64,000 bases of DNA from an uncultured Gammaproteobacteria bacterium (GTDB lineage: Bacteria; Pseudomonadota; Gammaproteobacteria; GCA-001735895): assembly GCA_963835795.1 (NCBI GenBank), contig CAWIHJ010000092.1, positions 11,364-75,363 on the forward strand. Reading direction: 5' to 3'. Below, piece after piece: positions 50,056 to 59,054 of this stretch (its first letter is position 1; each line of letters starts with the position of its first letter). Under the pieces are notes generated by a model that made no database searches, was not told where the DNA came from, and worked only from the letters and a program-made list of their open reading frames with translations. The translations under genes and the position numbers were made by a program.

Positions 50056-50913
50056 ATGAACTGTACGCCCCGACGACAAAAACTGCGCGCCGTGTTAGCC
50101 GGCGACCACTGTATTCAACCGGGATCGGTCTACGATCCTGTTTCGGCAAGGGCCGCCGAAGACCTGGGATTCGAAGCGGGCATGTTTGCCGGTTCGATCG
50201 CTTCGCTCACGGTGCTTGGTGCGCCCGATCTCATCGTCCTGACGCTGAGTGAATTTGCCGACCAGGCGCAGCGCATCTGTCGCGCTGGAGAGCTGCCTTT
50301 GATTGTCGACGCTGATCACGGTTACGGCAACGCCCTCAACGTGCGCCGCACCATCGAGGAACTGGAGACGGCCGGCGTGGCCTGTCTCACGATCGAAGAC
50401 ACCCTGTTACCGAAGCGTTTCGGTCAAAGTGCCACCGAATATCTGCAAGTGGAGGAGGGTGTTGGCAAAATGAAAGCCGCGCTCGACGCGCGCCAGGATC
50501 CCGACCTCATCCTGTTGGGGCGCACCGGTGCCGTTGGCCCGAATGGCGTCGATGATGGAATCAAACGCGCTGCAGCCTACCTCGACGCCGGGATGGATGG
50601 CGTCATGTTCGTGGGCGTCAAGACGCGTGATGAGCTGGAGCGCATCGCAGCGGTTATCGATGCCCCCATCATGCTCGGTGGAAGCGGCGCCGAGTTGAAG
50701 GATCCTGTCTATCTCGCCGAATTCGGGGTCAGAGTGAGCCTGCAGGGACACCAACCCTTTATGGCAGCGGTGCAGGCGATGCATGATTGTCTAAAGGCGC
50801 TGCGTGAAGGAACACCGCCGGCGCAGTTGCAGGGTGTTGCCTCGGCCGAGCTCATTCAGCGCTTGAGTCGCGACGCCAGTTATCGTGGTTGGCAGGATGA
50901 TTACCTCGCTTGA
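50056..50913 (+). CDS. Isocitrate lyase/PEP mutase family enzyme, oxaloacetate decarboxylase (PA4872)-like
   Basis: SVYDPVSARAAEDLGFE, VLGAPDL, DADHGYGNALNV, TIEDTLLP. Confidence 0.82.
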   Translation: MNCTPRRQKLRAVLAGDHCIQPGSVYDPVSARAAEDLGFEAGMFAGSIASLTVLGAPDLIVLTLSEFADQAQRICRAGELPLIVDADHGYGNALNVRRTIEELETAGVACLTIEDTLLPKRFGQSATEYLQVEEGVGKMKAALDARQDPDLILLGRTGAVGPNGVDDGIKRAAAYLDAGMDGVMFVGVKTRDELERIAAVIDAPIMLGGSGAELKDPVYLAEFGVRVSLQGHQPFMAAVQAMHDCLKALREGTPPAQLQGVASAELIQRLSRDASYRGWQDDYLA

Positions 50914-51035
50914 TTTGAGCAACGAGACTGCGGTGCTAAACGAAGTGGTTTTTCGCCGATCTGGACAGGGATATCGCTGCATGAAAGCGATGCAGTGAAA
51001 GCCTGAGTGGTCGCTTTGCAACCACTGGTCCGACT

Positions 51036-51212
51036 TTAGTCGCCGAAATAATCGCCGAACAATTCCACCAGTCCCTTGATTCGCGGGACCGAAATATCCT
51101 CGATGTCATCCATGTGGACCGTTCCGTCCAGGATCAAATGGTGATCGCCGTTAATGTCAGTGGCTTCACTGGTATCGGTATCATTGGTATAAAACATGTC
51201 AATGCCCTGCAT
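51036..51212 (-). CDS. Possible small acidic protein (58 aa) or gene remnant
   Basis: Manual translation MQGIDMFYTNDTDTSEATDINGDHHLILDGTVHMDDIEDISVPRIKGLVELFGDYFGD; no clear Shine-Dalgarno. Confidence 0.3.
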   Translation of the reverse strand: MQGIDMFYTNDTDTSEATDINGDHHLILDGTVHMDDIEDISVPRIKGLVELFGDYFGD

Positions 51213-51400
51213 ATTCGTGAACTATTAAGTTTTAGCCAAACGCAGCGATTTTGATGTGATTTGGAACACGCTATGCATTTTCAGACGACAAGCTATTCGC
51301 GATAGAAATGATACTTACGTCTAATTTTCCCTAAAAAATTCCAGAAATGTACCGTGAGACGATGCCTGAAACAGGTTATCGCCAAATTTTCAATATTCGG

Positions 51401-52750
51401 CTAGTGAGACATCGACAGCGCATCGGCATAGCTCGAGCGCTCGGCGAGGTGCTCGAATCCGATCGCAGTGGTTTCATCGAGCAGCAGAAGCAGGAGATCC
51501 CTGCGCTTTGTTTTCACCGCAGCGTCGATCAGCAGCTGGAAAAACAGGTCGCGTTGGGCGTGGCTACCACCCATTTGCCAAAGGTTGCGGCGTGCGGGCA
51601 AAAGGAGATCGATAACCCGCTGATACTCGCCCTTGCGATGGGCAATGGCAGCTTCGCTTGCCGGTAATACCGCCAGTGCATAGCGGCCACCCAGTGCGCC
51701 GTTCTCACCCGTGGCAAATTCGCGGATTCTGGCAACCAGTTCATTGGCATCGTCAAATCGACCGGCGGCAGCGAGCGCCAGCGCGCAATGCGCACTGGTG
51801 AATGGGCTGCAATGATTTCCACTGCGCGTTTTTGCCAGGTCGGCGATCGGTTGCCAGCGGTCACCGATATCGACGCTGCGAAGTTCGAGACGCTGCAGCA
51901 GGGAAGTATCGTTTTGTATATCGACGTAGAAATCTCCCATGGCTTGCATCAAGGGTGATTCGAGATCCCGCAATCGGTTGTCGTAAATTTCCAGCCCGGC
52001 CTCATAGTTGGCATTTTCGATATGGAACAACGCCAGGTGCCACCAGAGATGATGCACGATATGGTTGGCCGCCGCCCAGTTGACACAAAGCCCCGATAGC
52101 AACGTAACGCCTTCATCGAGATGACCCTGCATGATCTTCACATGGGCCACGGCATGTGCGCCCCAGCAGTCGGTCGGGTCGAGATCCACTGCCCTGCGGC
52201 CATATATCTCGGCCAGCTCGTAGTCGCCATTTTCTTCCAGGCCAAAGGCCCGAATGGCCAGGTAAGACGCGTAACCCGGCACCGCCGCCGACCACTGCGG
52301 CGCCGCGCGCTCGGAGATATCGCGCATCCAGGCTACCTCGCCAATCCAGAACAGTTCAGACTGCGCGAGGCGCATTGCAAACAGGTCATGCGGATGGTCG
52401 ATGACAATCTGCTGGTAGTGAGTGACGGCTGCGGTCAGCTGACCGGCTAAAGCGGCTTCGAGCGCGGCGATGTAGTGCTGTTCGCGCAGCGTGGCTGGAG
52501 GTCGGCCATGCCTGGCGGCTTCGAGCTCGCTTGCGGCGCGCGCGTGCAATTCTGGTTTTTTCAGGCTCTCGAAGAGAATGCCTTTAGCCGCATGCGGCAA
52601 AGAGAATTCAGGATCTGCCGCAATCGCCGCGTCGAGGTTCTTCATGGCGTTGGTGCGAAACTGGAAGTATCCGTTGAAAGCGCCGTTTAATGCCTCGACG
52701 GCGGCCGATGACTCGCTGGAGACAGCATATCCCCATTGGTCTTTTTGCAT
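51401..52750 (-). CDS. TTC38-like tetratricopeptide-repeat protein
   Basis: WGAHAVAHV, HLWWHLALF, MGGSHAQRDLF; AGGGGA ribosome-binding site before ATG 52750. Confidence 0.85.
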   Translation of the reverse strand: MQKDQWGYAVSSESSAAVEALNGAFNGYFQFRTNAMKNLDAAIAADPEFSLPHAAKGILFESLKKPELHARAASELEAARHGRPPATLREQHYIAALEAALAGQLTAAVTHYQQIVIDHPHDLFAMRLAQSELFWIGEVAWMRDISERAAPQWSAAVPGYASYLAIRAFGLEENGDYELAEIYGRRAVDLDPTDCWGAHAVAHVKIMQGHLDEGVTLLSGLCVNWAAANHIVHHLWWHLALFHIENANYEAGLEIYDNRLRDLESPLMQAMGDFYVDIQNDTSLLQRLELRSVDIGDRWQPIADLAKTRSGNHCSPFTSAHCALALAAAGRFDDANELVARIREFATGENGALGGRYALAVLPASEAAIAHRKGEYQRVIDLLLPARRNLWQMGGSHAQRDLFFQLLIDAAVKTKRRDLLLLLLDETTAIGFEHLAERSSYADALSMSH

Positions 52751-53097
52751 GTCTTGTCCCCTGACATTGCTGCCCGGTCTGAAAACCCATGCCCGTTGAT
52801 GGTGTCGACACCGGGCCTGCGTTGAATCGATCTTGAAAAAGGGCAATTATGCTACTTAAACGTTCAAATCAAAAGTAGCAGTAAGGCCGCAAGTAGGACG
52901 GTTGTGCTCTCAATGGTCGAAAATCTGACTTCCCTGGCCCGATCAGCGCAGTTAAATGCGGCGGGAGGGGGTACCCGGATTGGCTAAGGATAGTTTGATA
53001 TTTACAGCAGATTGTGTTCTCGTAAGCCAGGCTTCATCAAGCGATAGCACTATCCCGGTTGAACCCATATTAGCGTTGCATTGGAGGATCTATTTGC

Positions 53098-53562
53098 ATG
53101 CAGCAATCAACAATAGCGCACAACTTATTGGTACTGGTATTTTTCCTGGGCGCTGTTTTTTTAAATGGTTGCCAATTGCCGGGCAAGCCTGATTTCACAC
53201 AAAACATTTCGTCACTGGAGCACAGTTTGATCCAGTCGATTAACCAGAATGGGCCGGGTGATCGGTTTGTCATCAACCAGGTGCAGGTGCACGACGAGGT
53301 CGTCGACCGGTTTACGATTTCCCTCTCCAAGGGGGCTGAAAATACCGCGCTATCGCAGTCAGGATCGGGCAGGATTGGGGCGGGTTCCGTGGTGCAGTTT
53401 TGTGGCTGGGGTGAATTTCTGGGTCGCACTATTTATACGGAGTATCCCTACCTGTGCAAGCGCGGAGACGGGCTGGTTTTCGGCGTCACCAAGATCGGCT
53501 GGGTACACCTCTACGGGACTGGAGAAGTAGCGGGAAAAAGAATCAGTATTGCCCGGCCTTGA
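53098..53562 (+). CDS. Hypothetical lipoprotein
   Basis: Hydrophobic leader ending LNGC (lipobox); 154-aa frame. Confidence 0.55.
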   Translation: MQQSTIAHNLLVLVFFLGAVFLNGCQLPGKPDFTQNISSLEHSLIQSINQNGPGDRFVINQVQVHDEVVDRFTISLSKGAENTALSQSGSGRIGAGSVVQFCGWGEFLGRTIYTEYPYLCKRGDGLVFGVTKIGWVHLYGTGEVAGKRISIARP

Positions 53563-53625
53563 TATCCAGCTTTGCCGCGAGCGTCACCCGGCCGGGTGGG
53601 GCCGGGAAATCGCCATCGTCACCGC

Positions 53626-55224
53626 TCAGGATTGCGCGAAATAGTTAGCCAGGAAGGTTTCGAAGGGAATCTTGTCAGCGGCCTCGATGGCTTGCTGTTT
53701 TTCGAGGGATTCGCGCGCCAGTTTTTCGAATTGTGCGTGTTTGGCTCGGTCCAGCGGACGCTTGGCAAACCACTGCTGGTGCTCGCGCGACTTGCGCATG
53801 GCGAAGTGATAAAACTCTTCACCGTTTTCATCCATTTCGGCCAGCATGCGCGCCGACGGCGTCAGATCGGAGTCGACGAGTTTGGCGCGTTGCTGTTGTA
53901 AGGCCTCGCAGTAGCAATGCACGTTAGCATCCTTGTCGAGCAGGTCGCAGCCCGCCGACATCTGTTCGAAAATTTCGCTGGCCCAGTCGCGTAACAGGAC
54001 TTCCTGGCCATTGCGGCGCAGTTTCAATTTTGGATCGCGCCCGCGCACGGCGACTTCGTTGATGTTGTGACGGATGGCGCCGAGTTCGTCGTCGTCGTAA
54101 GGGGCACTGGGCGCCAGCAGGCTGAACAGCAGGAAGGATTCGAGAAAGCGCATCTGCTCCTCGCTGATGCCGAGAGGTTCGTAGGCGTTGACGTCGAGCG
54201 AGCGCAGTTCGATATAGGCCACTCCGCGCCGCGCCAGCGCCAGTGACGGTTTTTCTTCACCCTGCAGAATTTGCTTCGGCCGCACGCTGGAGTAGTACTC
54301 GTTTTCGATTTGCAGAATGTTGGCGTTCAATTGCTGCCACTGTCCATCGCGCACCATTTCGATTTCCTGGTATTCGGGAAACGGTGTCGAAATCGCATGT
54401 TGCAGGCTGTCGACATAGCCTTGCAGGCTGTTGTAGTTGACCTTGATGCCGGCCTCGTCTTCCTTGTTGTTCTGGTAGCCGATATCACCCATGCGCAGCG
54501 AGGTGGCGTAGGGTGCGTAGTAGGAAAACTTGCGCCAGCGTTCCAGCGAGGTCGGGCGCGCGCCGAGAAACGACGCGCAGATCGCTGGAGAAGCGCCGAA
54601 CAAATAGGGCACCAGCCAGCCATAGCGTTGCAGGTTGCGCACCATGCCGATATAGGATTCCGAAATGAAGGTCTGGATGTCACGTTGGTCACCAACCACA
54701 GCTTGCAACCTGCTCCAGAATTCAGTGGGGTAGGAATAGTTGAAATGTACCCCGGCGATGGCCTGCATCATGCGGCCGTAGCGATGCCCGAGTCCTCGCC
54801 GGTAGGCGGTTTTCATGCGCCCCGCATTGGAGCTGCCATAGCGCGCGATCCGAATGCTGGCGTCGCCGTCGACCACGCAGGGCATGCTGGTGGCCCACAG
54901 GACTTCATCTTCGAGCTGGCTGTAGACGTAGCGATGGGTATCGTCGAGAAAATCCAGCGTTTCGCAAAAGTGCTGGAACGGTGGGGTTACGAATTCGAGC
55001 AGCGCCTCGGAGTAGTCGGTGGTGATGCTGGGATGGGTCAGTGCCGAACCAAGAGTCGCCGGGTGTGGGGTTTGCGCGATTCCACCGTCGATGGCGACGC
55101 GCAGACTTTCTTTTTCAAGGCCGACCTGACGCTGCTGTAAAACTTCTCTGATGTCGCTGTCTAGCAGTTGCGCGACACGTTTATCAATATCGAAATTCAA
55201 TACAGGATCCTGGCTTGTTTGCAA
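53626..55224 (-). CDS. gshA: Glutamate--cysteine ligase
   Basis: GLEKESLR, ITTDYSEALLEFVTP, SMPC, GVHFNYS, ATSLRMGDIGY, IENEYYSSVRPK, YIELRSLD. Confidence 0.96.
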   Translation of the reverse strand: MQTSQDPVLNFDIDKRVAQLLDSDIREVLQQRQVGLEKESLRVAIDGGIAQTPHPATLGSALTHPSITTDYSEALLEFVTPPFQHFCETLDFLDDTHRYVYSQLEDEVLWATSMPCVVDGDASIRIARYGSSNAGRMKTAYRRGLGHRYGRMMQAIAGVHFNYSYPTEFWSRLQAVVGDQRDIQTFISESYIGMVRNLQRYGWLVPYLFGASPAICASFLGARPTSLERWRKFSYYAPYATSLRMGDIGYQNNKEDEAGIKVNYNSLQGYVDSLQHAISTPFPEYQEIEMVRDGQWQQLNANILQIENEYYSSVRPKQILQGEEKPSLALARRGVAYIELRSLDVNAYEPLGISEEQMRFLESFLLFSLLAPSAPYDDDELGAIRHNINEVAVRGRDPKLKLRRNGQEVLLRDWASEIFEQMSAGCDLLDKDANVHCYCEALQQQRAKLVDSDLTPSARMLAEMDENGEEFYHFAMRKSREHQQWFAKRPLDRAKHAQFEKLARESLEKQQAIEAADKIPFETFLANYFAQS

Positions 55225-55264
55225 GTGGCGATTGTGCCTAGGTCAGGGTCGAGATGCAAAAAAA

Positions 55265-56248
55265 TCAGTCAATGGCGGATTGCCGTTGTTCGCGCCACAA
55301 CACGCCGGTGAGGCAGCCGACATTTCCCGCAGCGCGTGACAATTCGTCGGTAGGACAGGTCAGGCATTCGATGCCGAGGCTTTCGAATTCTGCCTGCAGT
55401 GCGTCGAGACCGGACACCATCAGGATACGCCGCGGCCCGAGGGTGACGAAGTTGATGCCGCGATAACTGGCCTGGTCGTCGTTCAGGTCGGGGAAAACCA
55501 CCGGTAACCCAGTTCACGCAGCTTCGTTACGCAGCGATGTGGCGTGCGTCGCGGCCAGCCAATCGCAAGATCGCGATCGACGATGCGCAGCATGCCCATG
55601 AAGTGCATGCTGCCAAATGGCAGGTCGACGGCAATCAGTTCGATACCGAGCCGGTTCAGCAGGCTGCCGATCTGCTCGATCGCCGCATCGTTGGTGCGCA
55701 GGCCACGCCCGATCATCGCGGTTTTTTCATCCAGCCACATCAGGTCGGCGCCCTCGAAACAGGCGTTGCCGGTCAGGGTCGAGGAGAAGCGGAACGCCGA
55801 GCGCCGCCAGTCGGCGCGCAATCTGGCGCTCTTCGCCGGCGCGCACCGTCGAGGCCGGACGCGCCAGGATGGCACCCTGCGGCGTCATCGCCAACAGGTC
55901 GGCGCAAAACATCAGGTTCGCCTGGCAGGGCTGTGCGGGTTCGACCGCGTGGACTTCGACGCCGTTCATCCGGTAAGTCTCGACCATTGCCGCGTGTTCC
56001 TCGCGCGCCCGGCCGAGGTCGAGCCGGTCGAGCATCTGCAGCGCATCCGGGTCATGCTGTGCCGCATTCAATTCTTCGCCGGGGTCATGCACCAGCACCG
56101 CTTTGAGTGGGCGCCATTCCGAGTCAATCCCGCAAGCTGCCCACAGGCTGCCAATTTCCTGTTGATGGCTGGCCAGGCGCGGCGACCAGTTGTCACCACC
56201 GTAAGCGGCGCTAGCGAAGGTTCCCCTGGCAGGGTCTTTATCGGGCAT
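55265..56248 (-). CDS. Amidinotransferase / arginine deiminase / DDAH (pentein) superfamily protein, 2 frameshifts
   Basis: DSEWRPLKAVLVH, MFCAD, RAGEE, FEGAD, GRGLRTN, SMHFMG, INFVTLGP, GNVGCLT. Confidence 0.82.
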
Positions 56249-56251
56249 GGA

Positions 56252-57445
56252 TCAGCTCGCGGGGAGCTGGGTCTCAACCAGCCTTACCCAGAAATCCGCC
56301 CCCGTGCAGAGAATTTCATCGTTGAAGTCATAGGCGGGGTTGTGCAGGCTGCAGCCGCCAATCCCTTCCTTGCCGTTACCCAGCAACAAATAGGCCCCGG
56401 GGCGGGCCAGCAGCATGTAACCAAAATCTTCCGAGGTCATTGCCGGGCGGCTGTCGCCGATGACATTTTCCGCGCCGACTACGGATGCGGCAACCGTGGC
56501 CGCGATTTCTGCTTCGCCCGGAGTATTTACCGTGGGAATAAAATTACGCACGTAGCTGAATTCATAGCTCGCACCCTGCGCCGCGCAAATGCCGGCGACG
56601 ATGCGTTCCATGGTGGTTTCGATGTGGTCCTGTACGGCGATGGTCAACGAACGCGTATCTCCCTTCAGGATCACCTGGCCGGGAACGACGTTGACGGTGC
56701 CATTGGTAAGGAATTCGGTGAAGGATACGACGGCGCTGTCGAGCGGGTCGAGCGAACGCGATACCAGGGTTTGCATGGCGCTGACGACTTCGGCGCCGAT
56801 GACGATGGCATCCTTGCCGAGGTGCGGCATCGCGGCGTGATGACCAACGCCGTTGATGACGATTTCGAAGTTGTCTTCGGCCGCCATGATGGAGCCCGCG
56901 CGCACTGCGAATTTATCGGTTTCCAGCGACGGAAAGTTGTGAATCGCGTACACCGCATCGACCGGGAAGCGTTCGAACAGTCCGTCGTCGATCATCGCGC
57001 GCGCGCCGTCGCCGTGTTCCTCGGCGGGCTGGAAAATGAATACCGCGGTGCCGTCGAAACGACCGTCGCGCGCCAGGTATTGCGCAGCACCCAGCAACAT
57101 GGCGGTGTGGCCATCGTGCCCGCAGGCGTGCATCTTGCCGTCGTGCTGCGAGCGATGCTCGAAGCTGTTCTGCTCCTGTATCTTGAGCGCATCCATATCG
57201 GCGCGCATGCCAAGCATGCGTTCGCTGTTGCCGCGTTTGAGCACCCCGACCACGCCGGTATTGCCGATACCGGTATGCACTTCGAGGCCAAATTCCTCGA
57301 GCAACTCGGCGACCCGTGCCGCGGTACGTTGTTCTTCGAATGCCAGTTCCGGATGTCGATGGATGTCGTGGCGCCAGGCCTGCATCGTGGCATGCAGGGC
57401 CGAAGTCTGTGAGTTGGGTCGATTCATGGTGTAAAGTGTCGTCAA
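56252..57445 (-). CDS. M20 family amidohydrolase (hippurate hydrolase-like)
   Basis: HRHPELAFEE, RADMDAL, HACGHDGH, QPAEE, AIHN, SEDF, LHNPAYDFND. Confidence 0.92.
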   Translation of the reverse strand: MTTLYTMNRPNSQTSALHATMQAWRHDIHRHPELAFEEQRTAARVAELLEEFGLEVHTGIGNTGVVGVLKRGNSERMLGMRADMDALKIQEQNSFEHRSQHDGKMHACGHDGHTAMLLGAAQYLARDGRFDGTAVFIFQPAEEHGDGARAMIDDGLFERFPVDAVYAIHNFPSLETDKFAVRAGSIMAAEDNFEIVINGVGHHAAMPHLGKDAIVIGAEVVSAMQTLVSRSLDPLDSAVVSFTEFLTNGTVNVVPGQVILKGDTRSLTIAVQDHIETTMERIVAGICAAQGASYEFSYVRNFIPTVNTPGEAEIAATVAASVVGAENVIGDSRPAMTSEDFGYMLLARPGAYLLLGNGKEGIGGCSLHNPAYDFNDEILCTGADFWVRLVETQLPAS

Positions 57446-57589
57446 CTCTTCGACAATTTACAACTCATAAATTGACAGGAAACGAGCGCTGACTGCGAAA
57501 TTCCTGGTCGCCCGGCCAATGATACCGGTGATTGTCAGTTGCTGATATTTGCCGCCTGAACATTATTACTTTTAGACCGGGAGAACCGC

Positions 57590-57976
57590 ATGATCGTACG
57601 TACGCTCAACGACATCATCGATACCGCGCGCGATGTGCGCGGAGAAACCTTTGCCAGCCGACGCTTTCTGGTCGCCGCAGATGGTGTGGGGTACACGCTC
57701 ACCGAAACCTCGATCGTCGCGGGTTCCGAACAGCTGCTGTGGTACAAGAATCACATCGAGTCCAACTACGTCATCGAAGGTGAGGGCGAAGTCGAAAACA
57801 TCGCGACCGGCGAAGTATTTGCGCTGGCCCCGGGCTCACTGTATGTACTCGACCAGCACGATCGGCACCGCCTCAAGGCATTCACCGCGATGCGCCTGGT
57901 GTGCGTGTTCACGCCTGCGCTGACCGGGCGTGAAACCCACGACGCCGATGGCTCTTATAATCTTCCCGCAGACTGA
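57590..57976 (+). CDS. ectC: Ectoine synthase-type cupin (solitary)
   Basis: MIVRTL, WYKNHIES, LYVLDQHDRH, CVFTPALTGRETHDADGSY. Confidence 0.9.
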   Translation: MIVRTLNDIIDTARDVRGETFASRRFLVAADGVGYTLTETSIVAGSEQLLWYKNHIESNYVIEGEGEVENIATGEVFALAPGSLYVLDQHDRHRLKAFTAMRLVCVFTPALTGRETHDADGSYNLPAD

Positions 57977-57987
57977 GGGCCAGCCTT

Positions 57988-58082
57988 TAGTGGCCCAAGC
58001 GGTAAATAAGGTAATGCTCAGCCACAGCCCACAATCGATTTTGTGCGGCTGAGCATTACCTTATTTACCGCTTGGACCACTA
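57988..58082. mobile_element. 95-bp palindromic element (36-bp arms, 1 mismatch), MITE-like
   Basis: TAGTGGCCCAAGCGGTAAATAAGGTAATGCTCAGCC / GGCTGAGCATTACCTTATTTACCGCTTGGACCACTA; TA ends within TTAG / CTAG. Confidence 0.7.
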
Positions 58083-58084
58083 GC

Positions 58085-58113
58085 TTGATTTGACGGCCGG
58101 CATTCGCCATAAT
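58085..58113 (+). promoter_or_regulatory. Putative sigma70 promoter for chrBA
   Basis: TTGATT-N17-CATAAT. Confidence 0.5.
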
Positions 58114-58119
58114 CGCCGC

Positions 58120-58232
58120 CATGGGGTTCGCGAACACCCCGTGAGGCGCAAGCCCGAGCTTCGCATCCATTAACCTAAACCGGCAGCGGACCAAAGGGTT
58201 CCCGCGGTTATTGACATAGGAGCGGATGCGTA
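58120..58232 (+). promoter_or_regulatory. Candidate structured 5' leader of chrB
   Basis: Hairpin GGGGTTCGCGAACACCCC; CGCATCC (58162-68) complementary to GGATGCG (58224-30) between the SD and ATG. Confidence 0.45.
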
Positions 58233-59051
58233 ATGCCTTCACCCACTGAAATTACAGTTTCTCAACTTTCCCGGCTGGTCGGTACGGCTGCCGCACCGGT
58301 TATTATCGATGTGCGTATCGATTCCGACTTCGAGCTCGATCCCGATTTTATTCCCACTGCAAAACGACATCCGTTTGGCGATATGGCGGCGCTCGCGCCC
58401 CAACTCGTCGATGACCACGTGGTGATCTATTGCCAGAAAGGCAAGAAAATCAGCCAGGGGGCGATGTCGATATTGCGCAGCTACGGTATTCGCGCGGAAA
58501 TCCTGCAGGGCGGACACTTCGCCTGGCGCGATGCCGGCGAAATGCTGGTGCCAGCGGAAAAAATCCCGCAGCCAGGCGCCCAGGGTGGCACGGTCTGGGT
58601 AACGCGCCATCGGCCCAAGATCGATCGCCTGGCCTGCCCGTGGCTGATTCGCCGCTTCATCGATCCGGCGGCGCAGTTCCTGTTCGTGGCGCCCGGAGAA
58701 GTGCTCGCGGTCGCGGAAAAATTCGCGGCAACGCCGTTTGATGTCGAGGACGTGTTCTGGAGCCATCGCGGCGAGCAATGCAGCTTCGATACCATGGTCG
58801 ACGAATTCGCTCTCAACAGCCAGGCGCTACAGCAACTCGCCACCATCGTGCGCGGCGCCGATACCAATCGTCTCGACCTCGCGCCGCAATGCGCCGGCCT
58901 GCTGGCGGCATCGCTCGGCCTGTCGCGCATCTATCGTGACGACCATGAGCAAATTGCCGCCGGCATGTTGCTCTACGACGCATTTTATCGCTGGGCGCGT
59001 GATGCCAGCGACGAATCGCACGACTGGCCGCAACCCCAGTCGCGGAGCTGA
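58233..59051 (+). CDS. chrB: Chromate resistance protein ChrB-like (rhodanese-like plus ChrB C-terminal domain)
   Basis: IIDVR..VVIYCQKG rhodanese-like part; WVTRHRPKIDRLACPWLIRRFIDP, HRGEQCSFD, YDAFYRW. Confidence 0.88.
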   Translation: MPSPTEITVSQLSRLVGTAAAPVIIDVRIDSDFELDPDFIPTAKRHPFGDMAALAPQLVDDHVVIYCQKGKKISQGAMSILRSYGIRAEILQGGHFAWRDAGEMLVPAEKIPQPGAQGGTVWVTRHRPKIDRLACPWLIRRFIDPAAQFLFVAPGEVLAVAEKFAATPFDVEDVFWSHRGEQCSFDTMVDEFALNSQALQQLATIVRGADTNRLDLAPQCAGLLAASLGLSRIYRDDHEQIAAGMLLYDAFYRWARDASDESHDWPQPQSRS

Positions 59052-59054
59052 GTC

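Noticed and set aside
52850-52880. 8-bp inverted repeat TGCTACTT...AAGTAGCA
   Set aside because: Short with a long spacer and no regulator assignable; could be chance.
54271-55140. Long antisense ORFs here and at 11990-12961, 14607-15584 and 25281-26420
   Set aside because: Typical GC-rich shadow or alternate frames overlapping clear conserved genes.
55544-57412. 622-aa plus-strand ORF
   Set aside because: Antisense shadow of the M20 and pentein genes, with no recognisable motifs.
58211-58216. Perfect TTGACA just before chrB as a -35 element
   Set aside because: No -10 hexamer at a suitable spacing.
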